Below, one piece after another: positions 63,986 to 64,000 of a DNA stretch of 64,000 nt. The stretch is from Marsupella aquatica (lineage: Eukaryota; Plantae; Marchantiophyta), in NCBI GenBank assembly GCA_973895155.1, contig OZ316897.1, forward strand, positions 3,177,416 through 3,241,415, read 5' to 3'. The stretch's first letter is position 1. The number at the start of each line of letters is the position of its first letter. The notes under the pieces are model-generated. The model was given only the letters and a program-made list of their open reading frames with translations. It was not told where the DNA came from and ran no database searches. A program made the translations under genes and the position numbers.

Positions 63986-64000
63986 TCTTAAATTTGTATC

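Overview
Repeat-rich eukaryotic nuclear DNA from a land plant. The gene and TE content suggests a bryophyte or other seed-free plant, but this cannot be proven from the window. Host genes: two tandem, intact two-exon AMT2/MEP-type ammonium transporter genes (- strand, 3693-5583 and 16937-18615) and an intronless, doubly frameshifted isochorismate synthase copy (- strand, 51217-53133). The rest is mostly nested transposons: two full-length Ty1/Copia LTR retrotransposons (20204-26246 and 34018-40566, each with LTR pair, tRNA-iMet PBS, PPT and TSD), related solo or partial LTRs, a CRE-like non-LTR 3' fragment, and about eight non-autonomous elements sharing ~13-bp CC(C/T)NGGNNCCTCA-type TIRs and 8-bp TSDs. 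The most notable structure is a decayed ~16-kb + strand unit (about 28.5-44.4 kb). It has an En/Spm(CACTA)-like Tnp2 transposase followed by a second spliced gene. Once the inserted Copia is removed, that gene reads as plant-mobile-domain-like region + acidic repeats + coiled coil + complete RAD5/RAD16-type SNF2 ATPase with a RING finger. This is a candidate transposon-borne chromatin-remodeller/E3 cargo. Shared non-coding blocks suggest the AMT pair arose from a ~13-kb tandem duplication whose second copy expanded to ~33 kb through TE insertions. All family assignments come from motif recognition by eye; no database searches were run.
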